Shown: piece by piece, positions 9,203 to 19,133 of the stretch
Layout: each line of letters opens with the position of its first letter
Numbering within the stretch: position 1 is the stretch's first letter
Assembly (NCBI RefSeq): GCF_006345805.1
Contig: NW_021824303.1
Location: forward strand, 1-19,227
DNA from: Octopus sinensis
Lineage: Eukaryota
Length of the DNA: 19,227 bases
Direction of reading: 5' to 3'
The notes under the pieces: model-generated
Seen by the model: the letters and a program-made list of their open reading frames with translations, nothing else
Databases searched by the model: none
Told to the model about the DNA's origin: nothing
Translations under genes and position numbers: made by a program

Positions 9203-9406
9203 TATATATATATAAGTGCGTATATGTATATACATTTTAACGGCCACACAAACGTATAAACATATATACAAACATACATACATACATATATGTGTGTATA
9301 TATATATATATATAAGTGCGTATATGTATATACATTTTAACGCCCACACAAACGTATAAACATATATACAAACATACATACATACATATATGTGTGTATA
9401 TATATA
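9203..9406. repeat. Two-copy tandem duplication, period 100 bp
   Basis: TATAAGTGCG at 9211 and 9311; one substitution seen (CGGCC vs CGCCC). Confidence 0.92.
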
Positions 9407-9407
9407 T

Positions 9408-9447
<40 letters not shown>

Positions 9448-9894
9448 GTGTGTGTGTGTAAACCCTCTGGCACCAAATACAAAACATATGCAAAGTGTGT
9501 ATATATACATATTCATGTGTGCGTTTCTGCCTCCACAACTTCACGTACGTCTGCCCCTTCGCCCGTGTTTGTGACTGAATCTATATTCTTTTCGACAATT
9601 TTGTTATTATTTTGGAGCTGTTTAGATTCCAACTTTAATGGCTTCCTCTCCTTTTATCAGCAAAGTTCCATAATGTTTGATTTAACAACAACCAGTGTCT
9701 AACAGAAATTGCTTAATTATATTCCCGTGTTTCTCAGAAATGAGAAATAATTTTAAAAGACCAACTTATTCACAACACCCGCTATTAACCTCATTTGTCG
9801 TCTATAAGGATACGGCGCTGTATATGTTACCTGTTATGTTTCTGACGGGGCTTTTATGAAATATCTCCCTCTCTGTTCCTCTATCTATTCATAT

Positions 9895-10128
9895 ACACGG
9901 ATATAGCTACATACATATATATACATACATACAAACATACATACAAACATGCACATATGTAAGTACTCACGCACGCACACACACACCACACACACACACA
10001 TATATATATATACATATTATTATTGTATAAATATACGCGGACATGCCTATGTACATATATATCTGTAACTATATATTATATATGTATATACATATTGTAT
10101 ACGTTTATGTGTACATATATATATATTG

Positions 10129-10170
<42 letters not shown>

Positions 10171-10575
10171 TTACATATATCTTATATATATATATATATA
10201 TATATATGTTTTTGTATTTGAATATACACATCTAAATACGTACATTCATTCACACATACACATAACTCTGAATATGTATACATATATTTCGATACAAAAA
10301 TCTATTTTCATACACATATTCGCATGCGCACACACAATCACACACACTGACACACACATATATGTATATACATACATATACATATGTGTATATATTTATA
10401 TATATATATATATATATGCATATATGTACGCGTATATGTATATACATAAATATATATAGACATAGTTATACAGATATACAGCTATCTGTGTACGTATGTA
10501 TATATATATGAATGTATATCTAAATATATATATATGTGTGTGTGTGTGTGTATGTGTGTGTGTATGCGTGTGTGT
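9895..10575. repeat. Compound (TA)/(CA)/(TACA)/(TG) microsatellite field
   Basis: Read directly. Confidence 0.93.
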
Positions 10576-11046
10576 ATACATCTGTATAGACAGCCTCCTG
10601 CCATTCATCAGAGCCATAGCCACTTCAGTGCAATTAATTAAGTAGTTTCTAATCATGTAATCGGTTGTGATTAGACTCTTCGATCTAAGTTATTCTTTGC
10701 CAATGTTTCCAACTGATAAGACAAAAATCGATTCTCAAATTCTTAGAGCTTCATTTTTCCCAACTTCAGTCCATAATATGCAAAGCAAATTCGGCGTTGA
10801 CCTTCGTGACCTCCCGTTTTATATCTTGTGAAATGACCTAACATCGATATCGATTAGTTAGATAATTATACCAATGAAACCACCAAGGTGTTGACTTTGA
10901 TATAATGGCGGAATATTTTGTTGACTGGTAGGTGTCCGACTGACAAGCACCATCCCAAGTGTTTACCACTGTTCTATAAATGTACATATATCTATATATA
11001 TGTACGTAAGTATATTTATATATATGTATACATATGTATATATGTA

Positions 11047-11106
<60 letters not shown>

Positions 11107-11127
11107 ATATTATATATTATATATATA

Positions 11128-11340
11128 CATAGGAGATGTACTTGCATAGCAAGTGATTTGATCTGAGATCGTGTGCTGGAACGAAAACAATTGCAGCGTG
11201 GAAGGTGTTTGTAAGCCATTTAAGAAACACACAAAAGCCGTTCGATTCACTTCAACATTTAAGTTTAATTTGTCAAAATATTTTCGTCGCTTTAAGACCG
11301 CGACCTGTTCACTGCCAAAAATCCGTGCTGCATCTCACGT

Positions 11341-11438
<98 letters not shown>

Positions 11439-11667
11439 ATATAATATATATATATACATAGGAGATGTACTTGCATAGCAAGTGATTTGATCTGAGATCG
11501 TGTGCTGGAACGAAAACAATTGCAGCGTGGAAGGTGTTTGTAAGCCATTTAAGAAACACACAAAAGCCGTTCGATTCACTTCACATTTAAGTTTAATTTG
11601 TCAAAATATTTTCGTCGCTTTAAGACCGCGACCTGTTCACTGCCAAAAATCCGTGCTGCATCTCACG

Positions 11668-11668
<1 letters not shown>
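11128..11668. repeat. Near-identical tandem duplication of a 213-bp unit separated by (TA)n, period 329 bp
   Basis: 11128-11340 versus 11457-11668 differ only by one A (CTTCAACAT vs CTTCACAT). Confidence 0.95.
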
Positions 11669-11708
<40 letters not shown>

Positions 11709-11710
11709 CA

Positions 11711-11920
11711 TACTCTTTACTCTTTTAATTGTTTTAGTCATTTGACTACGGCCATACTGGAGCACCGCCTTTAGTCGAGGAGCAAATCGAACCCAGGTCT
11801 TATTCTTTGTAAACCTAGTACTAATTGTATCGGTCTCTTTTGCCGAACTGCTAAATTACGGGGATATAAACACACCAGCATCGGTTGTCGGGCGGTTTGG
11901 AAGGCACAAACACAGACACA
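11711..11920 (-). mobile_element. SINE family B, 3' half (left arm of palindrome)
   Basis: Reverse complement of 11921-12107; (TACTCTTT)-type tail at 11711. Confidence 0.88.
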
Positions 11921-12107
11921 TCGCTTGACAACCGATGCTGGTGTGTTTATATCCACGTAACTTAGCAGTTCGGCAAAAGAGACCGATAGAATAAGTAGTA
12001 GGCTTACAAAGAATAAGTCCTGGTGTCGATTTGCTCGATCGACTAAAGGTGGCTCCTCCAGCATGGCCACAGCCAAATGACTGAAACAAGTAAAAGACTA
12101 AAGAATA
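11921..12107 (+). mobile_element. SINE family B, 3' half (right arm of palindrome)
   Basis: TCGCTTGACAACCGATGCTGG...CCAGCATGGCCACAGCCAAATGACTGAAACAAGTAAAAG; same 3' end as 5301-5366. Confidence 0.88.
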
Positions 12108-12638
12108 ATCTAAAAAAATATTATGAAAATAGGACCATTAAGTTTTTGACAAGAAATGGTTGGCCCAGCTGCCATAATTCGTTAAACAGCGATGTAGGAT
12201 CTCTTTGCTTGAAATATCTAATTGTAGTGACAGAAAGAAGCGCATATGTCCAAATTTGCTCTAATGGAAAAATATCTATAGAAAAAAGCTGAATGCCTAT
12301 AATGAAAGAAATATAACATCTATTCCTGTTTATCGCTCTTCCATTTTGTAGATAAATTCTTGTGCATAAATACTGTAACACCCGAAAGTATCACACAGGG
12401 TTAGGTTTAGCTCACATCTTTAGTAAATTGTCAATTGATAACATACATACTTCTCACATTTGCTTTGCGGTAACCATTTTGGCCCGTTATGTTCTGGATT
12501 AAAATGGCGCCGACGACAGCTTTACCCTTTAATTGTTTTTTTTTTTCGACTCCTTAAAATGTTTCTCGTGTTCTTGTCTTCCCTTCCTGTCTATCTTCGT
12601 GCCTGTCTGTATGTCTGTATGTCTGTATTTCTCGCTGT

Positions 12639-12896
12639 TTTGAGCGCAATCGGATGTAGGATGCCCGAGATCCTAGAAGACACACACACACATACACACA
12701 CGAGATGGTGAAGATGCCGACGACCGCTCGGTTCAAAGTCTCCCTTGACCTCAAGTGGCCTGAACTCTTTACATGAACACCACCCTGTACATAACTCCAT
12801 GTCCCCCTACATGGCCTTGCTTTTTGCTTTTTGAGCCAAAAAATTAACTAACTAACTAAATAACACTGACAGACAGAACGGATTTTATATACTAGA
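12639..12896 (-). mobile_element. Non-autonomous Helitron-like element, 5' part, interrupted by a CR1 fragment
   Basis: Minus strand starts A|TCTAGTATATAAAATCCGTTCTGTCTGTC (27/29 identical to 16634-16662) and resumes GTGTCTTCTAGGATCTCGGGCATCC...GCGCTCAAA (3 mismatches in 49). 5'-TC after A followed by a (CTGT)n/GT microsatellite is the Lep1/DINE-1-type layout. Confidence 0.65.
12702..12863 (+). mobile_element. CR1-type LINE extreme 3' end
   Basis: EMVKMPTTARFKVSLDLKWPELFT* (stop 12774-12776) is in register with the CR1 ORF2 end EVVxAPSxxxFKxxLDxxW. 3' UTR stem-loop CCATGT-CCCCCT-ACATGG (12797-12814) and (AACT)n tail. Confidence 0.75.
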
Positions 12897-12911
12897 TATA
12901 TATATATATAT

Positions 12912-13035
12912 CGCAGGAGTGGCTGTGTGGTAAGTAGCTTTCTTACCAACACATGGTTCCGGGTTCAGTCTCACTGCTTAGAACCTTGGGCAAGTGTCTT
13001 CTATTATAGCCTCGGCCCGACCAATGCCTTGTGAG
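12912..13035 (+). mobile_element. tRNA-derived SINE head (probably family B)
   Basis: GCAGGAGTGGCTGTGTGGTAAG (A-box), GGGTTCAGTCTCAC (B-box), then CCTTGGGCAAGTGTCTTCTATTATAGCCTCGG. Assignment to family B is from recollection of the octopus consensus. Confidence 0.8.
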
Positions 13036-13477
13036 CATATATTTAATTACGTGTATAAGGAGAGGAAAAGTATATGAATGTTGTTAAATTAATAAATTTT
13101 TATGTCTGTCTCTGTCTCTGTCTGTCTCTCTTTCTCGTTCCCTCGCTCCGTCTCTCTCTACCAAACCACATTATCGCCGAAACAGGTTCAAGGCCTGTCA
13201 GTCGTGCCAAATCGCCAGCGCCTAAATAGCCACGCCCAATCGTCCCATTCCAGTTTCTTGACGGGGATCTGGTTGTTATCTCTCGCAGGTCGTGTTACCT
13301 TAGACAACTTCTTCATCGATGGTTCCACAAAACATTATTGATAGAGGACCACCATGGACGTGAACAGAACAAATGAGACGGGCAAAATATAAAAATATAC
13401 ACGTTTCTATCCATCGATCTCTCATAATCGAATCTATAAACGAACATGTTATTGGCTCTGAGTGATATAGAAGAAGT

Positions 13478-14592
13478 CGTAGTAGTGATAGTAGCAGTAA
13501 CAATAGAGGTGGTGGCGGTTGTGGTGGTTGTGGTGGTGGTGGTTGTGGTGGTGGTGGTTGTGGTGGTTGTGGTGGTGGTGGTTGTGGTGGTGGTGGTGGT
13601 GGTTGTGGTGGTGGTGATGTTGTAGTGGTGATGCTGGTGATAATGGTAATAGCTGTGGTGATTGTGGCATTGACGGTAGTAGCTGAAGTGGTGGCGGTTG
13701 TGGTCGTTGTCATGGTTGTAGTGGTTGTGGATGTTGTAGTGTTGATGTTTGTGGTGGTGGTGGTGGTGGAAGAAGTAGTATTGGCAGCAGTAGATGATAT
13801 CAGTACGATTGCAGTAGGTAGTAGTAGTGGTGGTGGTATTCGTATTAATAGTGGTGGTGTAGGTCTTTGTAGTTGTGTTGGTAGTGGTGAGGATAGTAGT
13901 AGTAGTAGTAGTGGTAGCAGTAGTAAAAGTAGTAGTGATAGTTGTAATAGTGGTAGTAGTACCAGCAACAGAAGATAGAGTAGTAGTAGTGGTATTAGCA
14001 GTAGTAGTGGTATTAGTAGTAGTAGTGGTAGTAGTGATTGTAGTAGCAGCAACAGCAGTAAAAGTAGTAGTAGTAGAAGCAGTAGTAGTTGTTGTTGTAG
14101 TAGCAACAATAGTGGTAGTAGTGGTAGTTGTAGTAGTAGCAGCAGCAACAGTAGTAGTGGTAGTGGCAGCAGCATCAGTAGTACTAGTAGTAGTAGTAGT
14201 AGCGATTATAGTAGTAGCGGTTATAGCAGTAACGGTGTAGTAGTAGCAGCAGCAACAACAACGGTAGTAGTAGCGGCTGTAGCAGTTGTAGTAGTAGCAG
14301 CAGCATCATCTGTAGTAGTAGTAGTAACAGCATCAGTAGCAGCAGCAGTAGTAGTAGTAGTAGTAGTTGTTGTAGTAGTAGTAGTAGTAGTGGTAGTAGT
14401 AGTTATAGTAATAGTAGACGTATTAGCGGTTGTAGTAGTTGTAGTAGTAGTAGTTGTAGTAGTAGTATTAGTAGTAGTAGCAGTAGTAGTGGTAGTAGTA
14501 GTAGTAGTAGTAGCGGTTGTAGTAGTAGTAGTAGTAGCGGTTGTAGTAGTTGTAGCAACAACAGCAGCAGCAGCAGCAGCAGTAGTAGTAGC
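13478..14592. repeat. Compound trinucleotide tract (GGT/GTT then GTA/GCA)
   Basis: Read directly; source of the 291-aa poly-L/T/P pseudo-ORF. Confidence 0.95.
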
Positions 14593-14613
14593 GGCTATAC
14601 TAAACCGTTGAAT

Positions 14614-14617
<4 letters not shown>

Positions 14618-14685
<68 letters not shown>
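14618..14685. repeat. (GA)34 microsatellite
   Basis: Counted from sequence. Confidence 0.97.
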
Positions 14686-14686
<1 letters not shown>

Positions 14687-15284
14687 GGCCAGCGGTCGTT
14701 GGCCGAAAGTGATGACCATCAACTCGCAATGGTCAAGAGCGATGATAATAATAATCAGGTGATTTTTCCCGAAGAAGGCGAAACGTGATCTTCGATTTTC
14801 GCTCGGTTCGGAAGCCATACCTATATATATATTCATTACGCATTCATATACGCTCACGCCATCTTTCCTAATGGGAGAGGCTGTCTACTAGAGACGCACG
14901 CCTATGGCTTCCCTATATATCGTGATGTATTTAAAAACTGATATTTCCATACGTAATTGTACAGAACGTTCGTTTTCTAGTTTCTTTTCCATTCTTCCTG
15001 CCAGCTTTTATACATTTCTTGCAAATATTATGAAATATTGTTGTGTGAGAGAGTAACAAGTATGGTTTTAGATAATGGAGAGTGAATTTTTGTATAGTTT
15101 TTTTTTTTAGTTCTTTGTTGTTTCTTTTTTTTCAGGATTTTTTTTCTCTTATTTATTTTTTTTCCTTTTCTTCCGTAATTTTGAAATTCTTTTTAGTTTC
15201 GCCTGGGGAGAATGTAAAATGATGGCTCTTAATTTTTCGAGTACGTAGTTACTCCCCGAGTAGCTTGTCTCCGCTTTATACACG

Positions 15285-15912
15285 CACACATACGTACACA
15301 CACACACACACACACACACACAGAGGCACACACGTACACATACATACATATACATACATATATACATATATATACATACATACATATATTCATACATTCA
15401 TACATATATCCATACATACATACATACATATACATACATACATACATACATACGTATACATACATACATCCATACATACTTACATACATATACATACATA
15501 CATACATACATACATACGTACATACATACATACATACATACATCCATACATACATACTTACATACATATACCTACATACATACATATACGTACATACACA
15601 TACATACATACTTACATACATACATATACATATATACATACATACATCCATACCTACATACATACTTACATACATATACATACATAGATATACATACATA
15701 CACATACTTACATATATACATACATACATACGTATACATACACATATACATACATAAATATATACATACATACATATACATACATATACATACATACATA
15801 TACATACATACATACATCCATATATACATACATATATATATACATACATACATACATATAGATACATACATATACATACATACATACATACATTCATACA
15901 TACATACATACA

Positions 15913-15946
<34 letters not shown>

Positions 15947-15958
15947 CATACATACCTA
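15285..15958. repeat. (CA)n/(TACA)n compound microsatellite
   Basis: Read directly. Confidence 0.96.
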
Positions 15959-16282
15959 CAACATGGCGGTTTCTAGGAGTACCACATGTCGTGACGCAAA
16001 GATTACAGCAGTGTTCGATAATGGCCGGTGAAATTAAAAACTTGTAATATGACCGATTGATGTCAAGGCTTTTCAAAAATACTGAATTTTTGGGGGATTT
16101 TTTATAAAATTCTTTACGGAAAAACGTATATTGAAATTCATATGAACAGAAAACGAAATGGGTGAACTGGGTGTAGTTTTGACGTTTTATGATTTTATTG
16201 GTAGACATCAACAAAAAGAAATAATATACATACATACACACATACAAACACACACACATACACATTAACATATATACTCTCA

Positions 16283-16491
16283 TAAAGTTAATCCAAACAA
16301 GAAAACACAAAAAAACACAGCAACGCGAGGACGTGGAACAAATAAAGTATTATTGGACACTCAGGAAAGAAGGGAAGAATGAGGGTTTAACGTTTCGAGC
16401 GGAGCTCTTCGTCGGAAACAAAGGAGAAGGAAAGATCCCGAGAAGGGAAGACAGAGGAAAAAAAATTGCTGGCGGTGCTCACGAGGTCACA
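16283..16491 (-). mobile_element. Penelope-type terminal repeat (pseudo-LTR) fragment
   Basis: Minus strand has GACGAAGAGCTCCGCTCGAAACGTT flanked by pyrimidine-rich runs and AATAATACTTTATT. A GAAGAG..CGAAACGT core is typical of PLE termini. No ORF. Confidence 0.6.
16385..16419 (-). ncRNA. Minimal type I hammerhead ribozyme-like motif (variant core)
   Basis: GUUU-CCGACGA-A-GAGC(UCC)GCUC-GAAA-CG-U-U-AAAC: stem I GUUU/AAAC, stem II GAGC/GCUC, palindromic stem III AACGUU. Core has U4C and one extra A. Confidence 0.55.
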
Positions 16492-16633
16492 TGTATTCAT
16501 ATGATACAAAATGAATAATAATACATGTATATATATATATATATAATATATATAATATATATATATATATCTATATATATATATATATATATATATACTC
16601 ATACACACACACTCACACACATATATATATATA

Positions 16634-16990
16634 TCTATTATATAAAATCCGTTCTGTCTGTATGTGTGTGTCTTCTAGGATCTCGGGCATCCTCCATACT
16701 ATTGCGCTCAAATTTGATATGTAGAAACCGACGGTGTAGGGCGTGTATAAGTCTTGAATAAAAAATTCCAAAAATCGATTCCAGGTGAGAATGCGATCGA
16801 TAAAGCCGTGAGAACGTGCATTTGTACGCGCAAGTACATCAGCTGTTGCGATGTACTTACTGGTACTTTAAACTCTTCGGTTGCATATTTGTGTGAATAA
16901 AATCGTTTTTCTTTAGAATAGAAAAAAGACTAAATCAGTGTGATGGTCGGAAAAGTTGTTTTGAGAAAATTTGGTTTAAATGTTCGACAA
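16634..16990 (+). mobile_element. Non-autonomous Helitron-like element (3' limit uncertain)
   Basis: A|TCTATTATATAAAATCCGTTCTGTCTG...GCGCTCAAATTTGATATGTAG; homologous to 12639-12896 up to 16712. Internal 9-bp hairpin AAGTACATC/GATGTACTT at 16832-16858. Confidence 0.6.
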
Positions 16991-16995
16991 CTCAG

Positions 16996-17166
16996 CTCAC
17001 AGGGGGCTACACACAGATGGGACAAACAGGGACAGACAAAGAGATTAAATCGATTACATTGACATCATTACGTAACTGGTACTTATTTATTCGGCCCTGA
17101 AAGGATGAAAGGCAAAATCGACCTCGGCGTAATTTGAACTCAGAACGTAATGGCAGACGAAATGCC
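16996..17166 (-). mobile_element. SINE family A, truncated unit of a dimer
   Basis: Homologous to 3743-3930; ends ...GACGAAATGCC. Confidence 0.9.
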
Positions 17167-17404
17167 TATTTCTTTTTCTTTACTACCTACAAGGGGCTAA
17201 ACACAGAGAGGACAAACAGGGACAAACAAACGGATTAAGTCGATTATATCGACCCCAGTGCGTAACTGGTTTTATTTAAACGTCCCCGAAAGGATGAAAG
17301 GCAAACTCGACCTCGGTGGAATTTGAACTCAGAACGTAGCGGCAGACGAAATACTGCTAAGCACTTCGCTCGGCGTGCTAACGTTTCTGCCAGCTCGCTG
17401 CCTT
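17167..17404 (-). mobile_element. SINE family A, full-length copy
   Basis: Colinear with 3931-4163. Confidence 0.93.
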
Positions 17405-17774
17405 GACTTCACAAATGTATTAATGTAAACTATTATTGCCGGGTGTATGACTCGAACTCCCGACCACATTCGTGGACAAGAATAACACCTTACTGATATT
17501 AAGTTACAACGACTTGGTCCTAGTGTTTAAACTGCGCGGCCATCTTGAAGATTGCTTTAGCCATTAAATGTTAAAAAACACCAGCACTCCTATAGTGTTT
17601 TTATGGCGCTTTCTAAGAAATGATGTCTTCGAACTAAACGAACGAGAAATAATTTCGTAATTTTTCAAGTCAGAACAGCGTCGGTTTTTGTTTTGCAAAA
17701 AATAACTTCAATTCGTTGGTTTTATAGGTGTCATTTAGCATGATTGAGGTTTTTGGATGAAAAAAAAAGGAAAC

Positions 17775-17788
17775 AGATAGATAGATAT

Positions 17789-17844
<56 letters not shown>

Positions 17845-17845
17845 G
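17775..17845. repeat. (GATA)n microsatellite
   Basis: Read directly. Confidence 0.97.
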
Positions 17846-17969
17846 TGGATAGAGAGAAAGAAGGAGAAGGAAAGAAGGAAAGAGAGATACATACTAATTA
17901 CCGTTAATCAAAGTTTTTTTTTACACGCTGTAGTACATACGTGAAGGATGCGATACCGCTATTGTAGGT

Positions 17970-17990
17970 GCATGTATGTATATATGTGTA

Positions 17991-18024
<34 letters not shown>

Positions 18025-18036
18025 AACGTACATATG

Positions 18037-18120
<84 letters not shown>

Positions 18121-18178
18121 CATATATAATGTGTACGTATATAAACACCCACGCTCGTACACACGTACACAGACACAC

Positions 18179-18229
<51 letters not shown>

Positions 18230-18253
18230 TAAATATTTACATATGTGCATATA

Positions 18254-18301
<48 letters not shown>

Positions 18302-18420
18302 TACTTGCTCATACATACATACATAAATACATACCTACATACCTACATAGATACATACATACATACTTGCATACATACATACGTACATCTACATACATAC
18401 CTGTGTGTATATACATGTTT
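17970..18420. repeat. Compound (TG)/(TA)/(TACA) microsatellite
   Basis: Read directly. Confidence 0.95.
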
Positions 18421-18426
18421 GTGCGT

Positions 18427-18479
18427 AAAAACATGGCGGTAAGTTAATTTATTCTACGATCGCTTCCGGCTGCTCCAAT
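18427..18479 (+). promoter_or_regulatory. YY1-like AACATGGCGG overlapping ATG-GCG|GTAAGT, with ETS (CTTCCGG) and CCAAT motifs
   Basis: ATG 18433, donor consensus 18439-18444, CTTCCGG 18463-18469, CCAAT 18475-18479. Motif evidence only. Confidence 0.25.
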
Positions 18480-18694
18480 TACGGTGTCTAATAACACAGT
18501 GTCATGTTTAAATTCGCTGATCAATGGTGAGCTTGAAAAATTACTCAACTCAACTCAATAAGGTTGCAGCGTTCGTTGATTGATAAAACTAATTGGGATG
18601 GGTCTGGCAGTCAACTAAATATATTATAACTGTTGTGCAACATATAACTAGCGAATCAATACGCAAGCAGGCTTTGAATTACGTAATAGGAAAT

Positions 18695-18746
18695 TATCTA
18701 TATATCTGTCTGTCTGTCTATCTATCTATCTACCTACTTACCTACA

Positions 18747-18834
<88 letters not shown>
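18695..18834. repeat. (TCTA)n microsatellite
   Basis: Read directly. Confidence 0.97.
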
Positions 18835-19133
18835 CGTGGTCTTTTCCGTAGGCTTTTCCTTCCACGGGTAAACCTCACCTGTCCTCCCCTTTACACTTCA
18901 TATTGACATTTCTGTGATTACGATCCCTATTGATCAACTTTTTTTTCCTCTCCCCTTTTTTCCCCCTCCCCCCCCTTTTAAAAAAATCCTCCCCTGTTTT
19001 TTTGTCCTCTTTCTTTCCTTTTACGATCCCTTTTGATCGAAAACCAACCCCCTTTTTTTACCCCCAAAAGAAAAGCTCTACCTTGTAATTTGTTCTGTCT
19101 GTGTGCAGCCCTGTATGGCTAATAAAGAAACAT
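18835..19133 (+). mobile_element. Unclassified retroelement 3' region ending in TAATAAAGAAACAT
   Basis: Last 40 nt align 30/40 ungapped with the SINE-A tail. Two internal copies of TACGATCCCT(A/T)TTGATC hairpin (18919, 19022). Confidence 0.45.

Noticed and set aside
11128-11668. Direct repeats plus spacers as a CRISPR-like array
   Set aside because: Two long units separated by (TA)n in eukaryotic DNA; no short repeat-spacer periodicity and no cas genes.
13300-14611. Mucin-like or signal-peptide-like ORFs
   Set aside because: Derived from (GTA/GGT/GCA)n repeats on both strands.
14614-14790. ATG followed by (GA)n and a protein-like DGQRSLAESDDHQ frame
   Set aside because: The ATG at 14614 is out of frame with that peptide and hits a stop soon after the repeat.
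15149-15949. MYVC/HTYI repeat ORFs (also 4533, 6014, 9237, 10023, 17904 etc.)
   Set aside because: (TACA)n and (TA)n translations.
16830-16840. 11-mer GATGTACTTGC shared with the 213-bp tandem unit
   Set aside because: Single 11-mer matches are expected by chance across several kb of AT-rich unique sequence.
19022-19045. Second hammerhead (CGATC-CCTTTT-GATCG-AAA)
   Set aside because: A hairpin plus GAAA is present but there is no CUGANGA-like core upstream.
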